Source: Chiloscyllium plagiosum (Eukaryota). Taken from it: a DNA stretch of 64,000 nt. The notes under the pieces are model-generated. The model worked only from the letters and a program-made list of their open reading frames with translations. It did not search any database and was not told the DNA's origin. The translations under genes were made by a program, and so were the position numbers. Numbering within the stretch: the first letter of the stretch is position 1; each line of letters starts with the position of its first letter. Shown piece after piece: positions 1 to 12,860 of this stretch. The stretch lies in assembly GCF_004010195.1 (NCBI RefSeq), contig NC_057720.1:31538831-31602830 (forward strand). The letters run 5' to 3'.

Positions 1-917
1 TATCTACTTTTATCCAAACGTGCCAACTTCTTCAATTTGACTGCAGACTTTGCCAGCTATCTCAGATTTGAGTTTGCTTTGGCACTGACTTTGTTTTTAT
101 TCATTTGTTGGATATGGGCATCACTGGTCAGACCAGCCTTTTATCGGCTATCTCTGGCTGCCCAGAGCAGTTTAATCTAGCATTTTGCTGTGGACCTGGA
201 TTTGCTTATAGGTCAGACCTGGTGCTTTCTTGAGAGAGCTTCTGTCCTTCTAACATGGCTTTGCCTATAGCATGGAATCGTTCCCTTAACTGAAAATGTT
301 ATATTTTGGGATCTTGCATTTGAATCAGTTCATAAGAGTATTTATTGATCTTGCTGAAATTTTTTCTCTTCCAGATTGCAATGATCTCACCGGGATTAAA
401 TTCTTGTGAACACACATTAAATACATTGAGATATGCAGACAGGTAACCGCTTAAGCTATGATAATTGAATTTCAAATAGCTAATAAAGCAAATGAGGTCA
501 TGCCTAATTGGTACAAGTTTATTTTCTAATGCATCCAATGCTTGTTCTATTAAAAGCTTCTTAAACATACTCTATATCTGTCAATGCTTTTGCAGAGTCT
601 GTTTGAGATGGAAAGAGGTGAAGGCTATTGATTTGAGTTAGTCTGCAGTAGTTAACCTTGCAATGATTTTTGCCATTTGTTTTTTTTGAGGTTGAATTTC
701 AAGTATGTTTACCTCCGATCATAATGATGGAATTGTAAATTCTAGATTGCTAATTTGTCTTTTGTTTCAGTAATACTTTCCCCAATTAATGTAAATTTGC
801 TGATCATTAATATAGAACTAGGCGAAATGTAATAGCCTAACTTGTGATTAAGCATTTTGGTTTTTTCTTTTTGCTGTTTTTATAGTAATTGCCAAAAAAA
901 TTCATTTTTTGTTCAAG

Positions 918-1035
918 GGTGAAAGAACTTGGTGTTGAGGAAGTTTCCAATCAGCCAGTATGTTCCACAATACCTGAAGAGCAAGGATTCAATGAGTCCT
1001 TGGAGTCTGACATTCGGTTGCTCTGTAAGGAAAAT
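918..1035 (+). CDS. KIF2C: Kinesin-13 (KIF2C/MCAK-like) internal exon just after the motor domain
   Basis: AG at 916-917, GT at 1036. Translates (R)VKELGVEEVSNQPVCSTIPEEQGFNESLESDIRLLCKEN; RVKEL ends the KIF2 motor domain and DIRLLCKEN resembles KIF2 DLKLLCEQN. Symbol from KIF2C-RPS8 adjacency in human. Confidence 0.85.
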
Positions 1036-1649
1036 GTAAGTACAGTTTAGAATGACTTTAGAAATATTTTGAGAATATATTGGACTCTAACATTTTTTTT
1101 ACTGTAAGACACCAAGTGAGGATTTGAGAATGTATTTAAAAATTCTTCAAGCATAAAGCAGACTTTTCTGTGCTAGTTTACAGGAGTATGAATAGGCATG
1201 TGAGGTGGTGCATTTTGGTAGAACATTGTCTTTCAATGTAAGCTAGAGGAAGGAAATTCTAAAGAGAACCTGAGTATATATGTGCACAGATCACTGAAGG
1301 TGGCAGGACAGTTGGAAAGAGCAATAAGTAAAGCATGTAGTGTCCATACTTTATTAATAAAAGGCAGAGTGCAGAAGTGAAGTGATTCTTTTCAGCCCTG
1401 TGTGGGGAGGTGCCTGTCAGAAGCTCGGGTTTTTAAATCACTGCAGTCAGTGTTTCAAGTTTACCCACAATGCCCTTGGAGTGCATTCCAGGATTTTGAC
1501 CAAGTGATGGTAAAGAATCAGTAAAACTATTTCCACGTTAGGATGGTGAGTGGCTTGGAGAAGAATTAGCAGGTGGTGGTGGTCACGTGTACGTGCTACT
1601 CTTGCCCTTCTAGAGGGTTGAGAGTTTGGAAAGTGCAGCTTTAACATTT

Positions 1650-2370
1650 TTAGTGAATTTGTTTAAAACGCATGAGTACTTAGTCCTTGGACTATTTTCT
1701 AAATGAGGAGAAAATTCTGAGAAGTTTGAAATGCAAAGAGACTTTAATTCTAATCCAGGATTATTTCTAGATAAACTTACAGGTTGTCAATAGTTACGAA
1801 GGCACATAAAAAGATGGCATTTAATTTGAAAATTTAGAAGTATATCCCTGCTTTTAGAGGCTAAGGCTCTGGTTATACCATATTTGGAGTATTGTGCACA
1901 GTTTTAGGCCCCATATCTCGAGGGAGGTACTGGCCTTGAACCTCCTTGGAACATACTCCATGAGAATGGTCCCAGGACCAAAAAGCTTGGCTTTAAGGAA
2001 CTCTATGGAGTTTAGAAGGATGAGGGGGAATCTAATTGAAACATAGAATGTTGAATGACCTGGACAGAAGATGTTGGGGAGATGCCTCCATTGGTAGGAA
2101 AGACCTGAGGGGATAGCCTTTTGAGTAAGGAGAACTCCTCTTTTTTTATTTGAGAATGAAGAAAATTTTGCAGCCGTAATGGTGAATATATGGAATTCAT
2201 TGCCACTGAAAGCTATGGAGACCAAGTCCTCTCGAATATTTAAAACTCCGATTCTTCAGTGTCAAGGGGATCAAGGGTTACTGGGAGAATGGGGTTGAAA
2301 AACGTATCAGCCATAATTGAATGGCAGAGCATACTTGATGTGCTGAATGGCCTAATTTTTACTCCTACGG
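1650..2370 (+). mobile_element. Decayed CR1/L2-clade LINE 3' fragment
   Basis: Degenerate LEYCAQF..PY and VVNIWNSLP motifs typical of the CR1-group ORF2 C-terminus; boundaries approximate. Confidence 0.6.
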
Positions 2371-3874
2371 TGGTGTTGTGAATGCATCATAGAGAACATG
2401 CAAAAATTCTTGTAAATCACTTCTAAGGATGAGAAATTTGCATTGAGAATAGATCTAAGAGATTGGGACTGTTCTCCTTGAGAAGGTGGCTAAGAGCAAA
2501 TCGGGTTCCAAAATCCTGAGTGGCTTAAATGGAATAGATAAAGAGAAACTTTGTTAGTAAAAGGAAGAAAGATGAAGGTGTAGACTTTAGCGATTTGCAA
2601 AAGAGAGCAGAGTGGTGTGAGAGAACATTTTTCAGTCCAAGTAGTTGGTGTATGGAATGCACTGGCTGAAGATATGGTAGGAGGAGATTCAGTTGAGCCA
2701 TTCAAAAGGCCAATGTGATAATAAAGGCTATTCTACATGAAATTTCCTTTTACAGTGAAAGGGAGAAAGGACGAAGTTCAAAAAAAGTATCTGAACTTAA
2801 GAAATGGGAGTAGGCCACCTGGCCCATCAAGCTTGTTCTGCTGTTCAGCAAGATCATGGCTGATCTTTTCACTGAGACTGTTCCACATAAGCATAACATC
2901 AAAAAAATTGTACCTTAGCTCATTCAGCAACATGTTTTCTTTGTCTTTTCAGAATAGTTTATTTTAGTATTCCTTTACATTATTGCATATAAGTATAAGC
3001 AACTTCTGATTAATTGCTTTTTGATGATTTTGTCATTTAGATTTACAACTGAATGCATGTTATTTCGTACTGGCATGAAGTAGCTTTAAATCATTAACGT
3101 TTCTGAATATAAAAATAAAATTCAATGATTTTAAGGGTGTTTCGTAATGTTGTCTAACGTGCATAATGTTTTTTCAATTTAAGTCTATATACAGTTGAGG
3201 ACAGGGCCTCCATAATAACCAGCTAGCTTTCTTTACTTCACCCAGCAATTTAAACAGATTAAGGACAAAAGTTAAACAGGTTGGGATTTGACTCATTGGA
3301 TTTTAGAATGAAGGGTGATCTCATTGAAACATGTAGGATTCTTAAGGGACATAGTATAAATGCAGAGAGGCTGTTTCTCCTCAAGTCTTGGATTAGAAGG
3401 TATAGTTTCAGAATTAGGAGGTGCCAATTTTAAGGTTGAAATAAGGAGTAATTCCTTCCTACTGGGCTATAGGGCAGAGTCCTTATGTATATTTAAGTCT
3501 CAGATTGATCAGTAGGGGAGTTGAGGATTGAGAGGGGTCAGGAAAATGGATGAGTGAAGTGCCAATCATCCTATTGAATGCTTGACAACAGAATGGCTGA
3601 CTCCTGATCCTTGTTCTTATGCATCTTCACAATTGCCATAGCAGTATTTTCTAATTATTAGTGACTTCTGTTTTGTTTGCATTTTATTATGTTGCATTGT
3701 CCTAGTCTCTCAGAATATCTCTATTATTTAAATTCCATTAACTTGGCAAATATAGTTCTATTTCATTGTATTCAGTGAGTAGTTAGGGTATAGAATGCAT
3801 TTGTCTGAAAATGTGGTGGAGGCAGGTCCAATTGAAGCTTTCACAACAACATTGATTATTTGGATAAACATGTA

Positions 3875-4192
3875 CAGTAGCACCTCGACTTGAGAACTTA
3901 ATCCGTTCTAGGGCCCAGTTCGCGAACTGAATCAATTTTTCCCATTGTTCAGATAGCGTAAAAATGCTTGGACGGCTGTTCACAGCACACGCGCCAAAGA
4001 CTAACTGAATGAGATCATGCGGGGCCCCGAGAGCTTTTGCGTTCAACAAGCACGTAGCAAAGCAGAACAATGAAACCACGTGGTCGCACACGGGCTTTTT
4101 TGCATTCGTACCTTGAATTACATACGTTGAAGCAAAATTTTACATATAATCCTGTTCGTGAACGGGATCATTCATATGTCGAGGTGCTACTG
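3875..4192. mobile_element. Tc1/mariner-pogo (Tigger-like) MITE, 318 bp
   Basis: TIRs CAGTAGCACCTCGAC (3875-3889) and GTCGAGGTGCTACTG (4178-4192), TA on both sides, no transposase ORF. Confidence 0.85.
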
Positions 4193-5497
4193 TACAAGAG
4201 TATGGAGTAGGAGGTTGGCACAAGGAAATGACCTAGTGCAAGTATAATATGCTGCATGGTGCTGTCCTGTGCCATTATGCTTCTGTGCTAGTCTCTCCAG
4301 ACTTAAAAGCCCAACTTTTTACCCATGTAAAATTGGATCTTTCATTTCCTCCTTCTGGTGCTTGAAATATATTCTCATTTGGCAGAACCCAGTTTCGGTG
4401 CCCTGGTCAGACTGCATCTCTCTACTGTTTTAAATACAACTCCCTCTGACTTTTGTATTTTCTTTAGCTGTATTGTTCAACATTTGATATTGCCTTAATT
4501 CCTTTCCAAAAAATGAAGCTGCTGTATTGTTAGTTATCCATTTTTATAATGTTGTGTTAATCAGTATGTGAATTTAAACAAAAACGCGAATTGCTAGAAA
4601 TCAAAGACTGGCAAATTGACCTGAAAATACAAATTTAAAATGAGAGCAAGAATCATAACTGATGCTGTCGTCATAATTTCCATCAAACGTTGGAAATGAA
4701 ACACCCACCCAACAGGTCAGATTTCCACTGTCAGTAAATCCTTTTATTGACTCGCTACAATGAGCTGATTCCAGCAATATAACGAGAATCTCCTTCGTGG
4801 ATCTTGCTGTGGTCCAAAATGGACTAGGTAGTTCTGGGATAATGCACATTTTGGCTGCGTGATTTGGCTATAATATTGCTGAAGAATGAGGGAATGGTAT
4901 TTTGGTGAATGCTTACCCCCATTGGCAATAGTGCAATTCCAGCAGGGATCAGTTTGTGCACTGTTCTGCACATATACCAATGTGCACGCTGAAATCCCTG
5001 CTGTTATGCATATGCATATGCATGATGCTCGTGCCTGTCTTCATGATGCTCTGCACATGTGCTGATGGCAGCTGCCGACAGCAGCTTTCTTACATATTTG
5101 TTCAATGTAGTGTTAAGATAACTTTTGTTTCATTTAAGTATGATTTCACCCTTCATTCAGGCTGTACTCTATTTTACATAGAATTGGTAAAACTCAGCAG
5201 GTCAGACATCAGAGAAATTTGACATTTTGTGTCAATTTATTTTTCTTCAGTGTCCTGTTTTTTTGCATGCTCTCAGAGTTGGGTTTTTTCAGCACTCTTG
5301 GCTCTTGCCAAGGATTGTGAAAATCTGAAATATTTTGCTTTGGAGTCGGTACTGTACACTGTAATTTTTAAATTACGCTAATGTTAATAGTTCAAACATT
5401 AATTATTACAAAAATGTTAACCAGCACTGACCTTTTGCTATATGCACTTGAATTCTTGCTCATACATATGTTGTCTTGATTGTCCTTCCATTTTAAG

Positions 5498-5593
5498 GAG
5501 GCACCATCAAAGATTTGTGACTTGCATGTAGATGTTGCTCACATTATTGAACTAGAAGAGCAAGTGGTGGATGAACATCGTGAAATTCAACAG
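5498..5593 (+). CDS. KIF2C: Kinesin-13 tail exon
   Basis: AG 5496-5497, GT 5594; 96 nt, phase 0/0; EAPSKICDLHVDVAHIIELEEQVVDEHREIQQ matches the KIF2 EEQVVEDHR region. Confidence 0.87.
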
Positions 5594-5879
5594 GTATGAA
5601 TTATTAGACTTTTTTTCACCCAACTCAAAATTTTGACTTGTTCCTTTAGCTTTAGATGGCAGGTGACTTACTGAGCAATTGACATAATGAGGATCCCAGG
5701 TTTGATCACCAGTGTATGCTGTATCTTCGGTGCTATCCTATGAAAGAACACTTGGCACTCAACTTCTGTGTTGGTCCGTGGTTATGCTTAGCAAGATACT
5801 GCAATGGTCTGCTGTTACCTGCAAATGGCTGGTAGGGCTTGTCTCTGCTTGCTCTGGAACAAAACTGTACAATACCTGG

Positions 5880-6440
5880 AGCAGACATTTTTGATCCACT
5901 AAGACTGTGCCAACATGTCTCAAAACTAAAAACTAATGCCTCTACAAGTCCATATCCCTCTACTGTCTACCTATTCATGTATCTGTCAAGATGTCTCTTA
6001 AACATTGCTAATTTTGTAAGCTTTTTCAGGTTGCCTTCTCAAACAAAAACAATTATCTTTTCTCTGTAGCTAAGACCCTCCAAAGAAGCGACATTCTGGT
6101 AAACTATTTCTGTACCCTTTTTTTCAGTCTTCACATTCTCTGGTAGTGCAGCAGCCAAAGCTGTATGTAACAATATTCTAAATGTGGCATAACTAAAGTT
6201 CAATACAGGTGCAACATGACTTGCCTTTTTTTTTATATTATGTTCCAACTGATTTGAAGGTAAACATGCCATATGCCACCTTGACCACCTTTTTTATCCA
6301 CTGTGGACCTGTATACCTAGATCCTCCCTTAGATTGATGCTACTAAGGGTTCCACCACTTGTGGTATGCTTCCCTCCCATATTAGATCTCCCAAAATACA
6401 CCATCTCATTTGTTCATATTAAGTCTCTAACGTATCTATT
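5880..6440 (-). mobile_element. Decayed CR1 LINE fragment
   Basis: Reverse-strand LEGLSYRE motif and CR1-type 3' tail; approximate limits. Confidence 0.55.
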
Positions 6441-6534
6441 TCTGCTGTGTTCCCCCAATCTGCTGAAGAACTCCACACAACCTGCTAAACATCTCCAATG
6501 ACTTCTGGTTTTTAAGATTTTTAATGAATCTGTT

Positions 6535-7190
6535 TTGACAGATCTTGGGGTTCAGGTGCAAAGTTACTTGAAAGTTGCTTCACAGGAAGATAGGGTGGTA
6601 AAGAAGGCTTGTGGCATGCTTGCCTTCATGCTCCGAGCCATTGACTATAGGAGTTGGGACATGTTGTGGTTGTATAGGACAATGGTTAGGCTGTTTTTGT
6701 GTACAGTTCTGGTAGCCCTGCTACAGGAAGAATGTTAATTAAATTGGAGAGGGTTCAGAACCGATTGACCAAAATGTTACTGAGATTGGAGGGTTTGAGT
6801 TATTGAGACTGGATAGGCCTGGGACTTATTTAATTGGAACATAGGCATTCAGGGATGATCTAGATTTTTTTTTAAATCATGAGGAACATGATGTGAACAG
6901 CAAAGTTCTTTTCCCTAGGGTATGGGAGTTCAAAACTAGGGGTTATAATTAAGGTAAGATTTAAATGGGATTTCAGCAACTTTTTCACAAAAGGTGGTTT
7001 GTATGTGTAAATTGCCAGAGGAAGTGGTAGTGGCAAGTTCAATTACAACATTTTAAAAGACATTTGGACAGGTACATAATGAACAGCAAAGGTTTAGAGG
7101 GATTTAGGCCAAATGTAGGCAAACCTGACTAGTTTTGGAGAAACCTGATCATGGATGAGTTGGACCAAATGTTGTTGTCCTGCATGACTG
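6535..7190 (+). mobile_element. CR1 LINE 3' fragment
   Basis: DLGVQV..LKVASQEDRVVKKACGMLAF...LYRTMVR, similar to the other CR1 copies in the window. Confidence 0.8.
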
Positions 7191-7793
7191 ATTTGTGTCT
7201 TGGGCACTTGTGCAATTATGTAATGGAATATAAACACTTATCTGCTGCAAATTAGATTAGCATTTTGGTTGTATATCCTCTACTCTTTTAACAACACAAC
7301 ACAACAGAATACCAGCTTCCCTTTTGTTGATTATTCAACTGATACTCTGTCAAATCTGTTACTTTTTTTTAAAAAATGGACAAGATGCTACAAAATGTTA
7401 AGTCTGCTTTTCTCCACAGGTGCTGGCAGACCTACTGAGTTTCTCCAGCAGTTCCTGTTTTTGGTTTTGTTCCAAATTTTCCAGCATCCATATTTCTTTG
7501 CTATGAAACATAAGTAATAAGCACTTACGGTTTTATTTTATTGAGTCCAGTATGAGGTGTAGGGGAAACTCTGCAATGACATCCAGATGTGAAATCTTGA
7601 CTGTTTGCTGGTGGAAAAATGATCCTTTTTAATCTGAGTTTTAAGAACTGCAGCTAAATTTTCTTCATCCAGAATTCTGCCAGATGAGTGTTTAAATGTT
7701 TGTACTAATTTTCCAACTCTATCCTAGCATCATAAGTGACCATGCATCATTTTTAAATGCATAGAAAAAGTGGGTTGTGTTTTTTCCTTGCAG

Positions 7794-7929
7794 AAACTGC
7801 ACTTGTGGATTGATGCAGATGACAAACTCCTGGAGATGACTCAGCTACCTGATTATAATGTTGAAAATTACGCCAACATATTGCAAACTTACATGGATGA
7901 GAGGATAGAAATATTTCAAGATTTTAACA
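7794..7929 (+). CDS. KIF2C: Kinesin-13 tail exon
   Basis: Polypyrimidine tract + CAG at 7791-7793, GTATGT at 7930; KLHLWIDADDKLLEMTQLPDYNVENYANILQTYMDERIEIFQDFN matches KIF2 LLEMTE..DY.V..YA. Confidence 0.9.
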
Positions 7930-9308
7930 GTATGTTTTTTAATTTCTATTTTCTTAGGATAATAAATGTGTATACTGAACTGAAGCTCATCTGCCTGTGC
8001 AAAGACAAACGGCAGGATTAAATATTTGTTACTTCTAGTGCTGTTTCAATTGCTATTTGCTCTTTGTTCTCATCCTCAAATTACCTGGAGTCCAGTAAAT
8101 TGTTTCTAAATAGAAAAACCTGGGATGAAATTGGTCACTGGCAAAAGTAAATCAGCAACCCATTTTACAGTACACCTAAGGAGGAAATCTGGCATAACAT
8201 AAGCAGCTGCTTTTACAGATCTCTATTTCATCCTACAGTTTTAGGATGAGTTTGACCTATCCCAAAAACATGGTTATCACTCCAGAATTTCTTGTACCAA
8301 ATCCTTCTCTTTCATGCCTGAGGTGGTTCTAAAAGGGATATTTTTTTTGTTAAATGTTTTTTTAAATTTGTGTACTTGACTAAGTACAAGCCAGATTTGT
8401 TGATTTTTAATCTGATGTTTCACTTTTTACCATAAAACCAACCCCTTTTTAGATTTTAAAAACACTTACAATTGAAAATCAGATTGAGTTCATGAATGAA
8501 ATAATCACAAATTGTGTAACTGAGCTTTACGTTCTGGTTAGGAATGCCGCTGTTGTGCTCTTGGAGACCAACTGCAGTCACAGTTTTCACAGTGGGTTCA
8601 ATGGCATTTGAAATTCATTTTTATTTTTGTTCTTGGTTACTGTTGGAGTTCAGGGATAAAAGTCAAGTCCAACTTTGAGAATTGAAATATAGGAAAGAGG
8701 ATATTTATTTTCTGCGAGATGTTGTTCTTGATGTTACTGCTTTCTTGTAACAAAACAATGACTTTATCATGGCCTCCCCATGACAGAAAGGAGCATTCAA
8801 TGAAAACTAGTGTTGACCCCACTGGGGACAATCCATCTTTAAAAGTTTTGGTCCATTGTCAGAGTTGCCCATTATCCATTTTGATAAAAAAATAGGGATG
8901 AGTTTCAATCCTCCTTTGCATAAGTAGTTTCAGAATCATTGTTTCAGCAATATCTGTACTTAAATATTATAGTATGTTTGTTTGAAATCTCTGTGGAGTG
9001 TATATTCCAGGTGATGCATATTTAACACGTTAATTTAAACTGTCTTGGATCACTTTTAAAGCTGCTTATTATTGATGAGTACCAAATCAACAATAGCTTG
9101 TGGTCCAAGCACTGGGCCAAAAATAATTGTTCACAAAATGTGTCATGAAAGCTTGTATCAGCAATGAAGCAGTACAGTAATGAGATCAAAGCCACTAAAT
9201 AAATTGAAACCTTCATTTCCTCTTTGCACAATTGTTACTCAAGAATTTGTTCTTGGCTCCATGCATGAATATAGGATGAATATTTTAGTTTGCTTAGAAT
9301 ATTTAAGG

Positions 9309-9513
9309 CTGAAAATGTGTTGCTGGAAAAGCGCAGCAGGTCAGGCAGCATCCAGGGAACAGGAGAATCGACGTTTCGGGCATAAGCCCTTCTTCAGGCT
9401 TATGCCCGAAACGCGATTCTCCTGTTCTCTGGATGCTGCCTGACCCGCTGCGCTTTTCCAGCAACACATTTTTAGCTCTGATCTCCAGCATCTGCAGACC
9501 TCACTTTCTCCCC
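9309..9513. mobile_element. Fold-back Penelope-LTR-derived short element with hammerhead motif (family A)
   Basis: About 85-bp inverted arms plus about 35-nt tail; 14-bp direct repeat TAGAATATTTAAGG at 9295-9308 and 9514-9527; minus-strand CTGAAGA-A-GGGC-TTAT-GCCC-GAAA-CG-TC. Confidence 0.75.
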
Positions 9514-9832
9514 TAGAATATTTAAGGGCTGTGATTAAATTGGACGTGAATATACTATTGCCTAAGATAGCCTCATTTGTCCTTTCATGGTTATGGAATT
9601 AATTGCTGATTGAATACAATTTAGTTTCTTAATTGGTACTTTTTTAGGTTAAGTTGGTATTTAAATACAAGTGATTGGGGAAGATCATCAGATTACACTT
9701 TTTTTTAAACTGTCAATGGACAAAATCAAAGCTGGCTTGTAATTTATTCATGTACAATTCCAATATTTTTGTTTCCCATCTCGATATTACATCTGTTGCA
9801 GTTCGTTAATGTCTTTTTTTTTTGTCCTACAG

Positions 9833-9897
9833 AAAACCTGAAAGCCTTGAGACAAGCTTTGCAGAAGGAGGAACAAACTGCCAAAACCCAAGGCTGA
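9833..9897 (+). CDS. KIF2C: Kinesin-13 terminal coding exon
   Basis: T-tract + AG 9831-9832; phase 1 matches the previous exon; (K)NLKALRQALQKEEQTAKTQG then TGA at 9895-9897; resembles the MCAK tail IKALRLAMQLEEQAS. Confidence 0.9.
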
Positions 9898-11109
9898 AAA
9901 GTCATCAGCATCAATTTGTGAATCTGAAATTTGTTAAATGTACTTGCATTGTAACTGTTGACCACCGAATTCAACTGTCATTCGCCCAGGGGCCACAAAG
10001 TGTGCATGTGTTCCTCTTTACTGTTTCTGTCCTTACAAACTTCTTTCCAAATCTTTGTCTATATGAATTTTCTTAAATTGTACAGATTTATCTAATATGC
10101 TTGAACTGACTTTGTCACATAACTAAAGGAAGAAGTATGCAGACAAAGCAGTGCAGGCTTGATTAGTTTTTTGAGATGCATTGATTTCTCTAACCCATTT
10201 CTCAATTGCCTGTGAAGAAATTACCTTGGAGCTTTTAAGTACTACAATGGAATTGCTGTATCCCTTGCCCTCTTTCACCATCCTCTCCCAAATGCTCCAA
10301 GAGACCAATTTTAATACGTTGGTATTGTGGGACTGTATTTAAAACATACGTTTTCTAAGTTTAACAATTAGTCATTTTTATAATTATTCTAATAGAATAC
10401 ACTACCTACTTTGTTTCTGAATTTAATGAATAGTGGGTTTTGTATTCCATTTTCAAACCAAGGGTCAATTCACTATGCACATTAAATACAAAATGGTAGT
10501 ATTTAACAAACTTGATATTCCTTTGTTACACTACTGAAACTTTTGAATTGTTGATGGACTTTTAATTTTTCAACAAGCTGCCAGGATATTGTAAGTCTTA
10601 CCTTGTATAAGCAAAGATTTAAGCCCTTGGTGCTACTTGTGTCGACTGATGTGAAACATGGCAATTTTGAATTGTTCTACTGTAAAGGCAAAGTAAGCTG
10701 CTTTTGCTTAACTTGTAAGTGAAAGCATTTCATTCACTTTTTAAATCCTGTTCAGAAATGGAGTAAGAGGAAAGGCATCATAGATTTTTGATTCTGAAAA
10801 GTCTTTTTTATGTTAAAAAAATTAGTTGAAGTACTGAATTAAGGTTTTCTTAGTTTATCCCTAAATGATTGCAGTACTGAAGTGGAAAAGCCAATCCCAG
10901 GATGTTGGGGCATGGAGATTCATTGAATTGAAGAATCATCATTATATTGTAATATTTAATAAAGAAATTAAAAGCCATGCAAACCAGTTGATCTTTTTTA
11001 TAATTTGTAAATCCCATTTAACTTTCAACCAAGTGTTGAGCAAAAATTTATTTTTAATTTTAGAGATTTATCAAACTGCTTAACATCAAATTTGTTGTTC
11101 CTTGCTTTT

Positions 11110-11115
11110 AATAAA
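11110..11115 (+). terminator. Probable polyadenylation signal of KIF2C
   Basis: AATAAA at the end of a roughly 1.2-kb AT-rich repeat-free stretch after the stop; alternative AATAAA at 10958-10963. Confidence 0.55.
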
Positions 11116-11204
11116 GCTTTTTGAAGTGATCAAGTGTTAACTGAACTTAAGAATCTGGGTGAGCATTTTTTCATTTGCCTTTATTAATCTTGCTGGTTTC
11201 AAAT

Positions 11205-11830
11205 TGGTAAGTTTTTGCTCTGGTTCTGTTCGCCGAGCTAGAAGTTTTTGTTGCAAACGTTTCGTCCCCTGGCTAGTCAACATCAGTGCTTGGGAGCCTC
11301 CTGCGAAGCGCTTCTTTGATGTTTCCTCCGGTGTTTATAGTGGTCTGTCCCTGCCGCTTCCGGTTGTCAGTTTCAGCTGTCCGCTATAGTGGTTGGTATA
11401 TTGGGTCCAGGTCGATGTGTTTGTTGATGGAGTTTGTGGATGAATGCCATGCCTCTAGGAATTCCCTGGCTGTTTTCTGTCTGGCTTGCCCCACGATAGT
11501 AGTGTTGTCCCAGTCGAATTCATGTTGCTTGTTGTCTGCGTGTGTCGTGTCGTTTCGTGGCTAGTTGATGTTCATGTATGTGGATTGTTAGCTGTCTTCC
11601 TGTTTGTCCTATATAGTGTTCAGTCCAGTCCTTGCATGGTATTTTGTACACTACATTCGTCTTGCTCATGTTGGGTATCGGGTCCTTCGTTCTGGTGAGT
11701 TGTTGTCTGAGCGTGGCTGTTGGTTTGTGTGCCGTTATGAGTCCTAGGGGTCGCAGTAGTCTGGCTGTCAGTTCCGAGATGCTCCTGATGTATGGTAGTG
11801 TGGCTAGTCCTTTTGGTTAAAAGGACTAGC
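11205..11830 (-). mobile_element. Penelope-like element 3' end (GIY-YIG C-terminus + pLTR)
   Basis: Minus strand encodes ...REFLEAWHSSTNSINKHIDLDPIYQPL, followed by a pLTR with a degenerate hammerhead core at 11260-11286. Confidence 0.75.
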
Positions 11831-12597
11831 ACATTAAATTTCATCTGCACGTGCTTGTCTATTACACCAATGTGCCAATGTATTCTTGAGGTATATTACA
11901 ATTTTTTTCTGTGTGCAAAATATTTCTAAGCTTTCAAGATTTTGTAATTTTGTCCTGTACTAACTAGAACCAGGTTGACCATGTTGACTATGAGGTTGTT
12001 GATTGTCCCAGGTTAACTATTCCAAGCAGGAAAGCCCTGGCTGACTGATATAACCAGGAGATTTAGAGTCTCCTCAGTTCAGGGGACTGACTCTGTGCTG
12101 GCTGGGCTGCTGTCTGTTTCTGCTTTTTTTGGGGGGGAGAATCTGATTCCTAAACTGGCTGGTTTACAAAGCCAGTTTTGTTAACTGGTATTTCTTTTTT
12201 TTTCATTGAGGACTGATTTCTAAACTGCTTGATTTACAGTCAATGTGTTTCAGGTGTAATTAGGTAACTTGTTTCACTGGCTGGTTACAGCCTGTGTGTT
12301 AGTCTTTTCTCTTAATCTTTGAGAAAAGGATGAAGCTGATTTAGAGGCAGAGCTTAGCCCTTGCACATTGGTTTTCTTTCTTCTGAATATGTTTGACTTG
12401 TTTGGTGTTTGGACTGAGCCCTTGTGAGAAAATACATCTTTCCAGATGATCTGGCCCCATATGGGTAGGCCTGACCATTTGTCGGTGACTAGGCCTCTGT
12501 AAAGACTGAACACCTGGTGTGTGTGCTGGGAGGTGAGCAATTGCTGCATTCTTGAGTGGACCAAACCCCTGTGGGTTAACTGCATCTTTACAATGTA

Positions 12598-12860
12598 CCT
12601 GGAGGCATGGCATTCATCCACAAACTCCATCAACAAACACATCGACCTGGACCCAATATACCAACCACTACAGTGGACAGCTGAAACTGACAACCGGAAG
12701 CGGCAGGGACAGACCACTATAAACACCGGAGGAAACATCAAAGAAGCGCTTCGCAGGAGGCTCCCAAGCACGTTTGCAACAAAAACTTCCAGCTCGGCGA
12801 ACAAAACCACAGCAACGAGCACCCGAGCTACAAATCTTCACACAAACTTTGAACACTTAT
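12598..12860 (+). mobile_element. Penelope-like pLTR copy, inverted relative to 11205-11460
   Basis: LEAWHSSTNSINKHIDLDPIYQPLQ; near reverse complement of 11220-11459. Confidence 0.75.
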
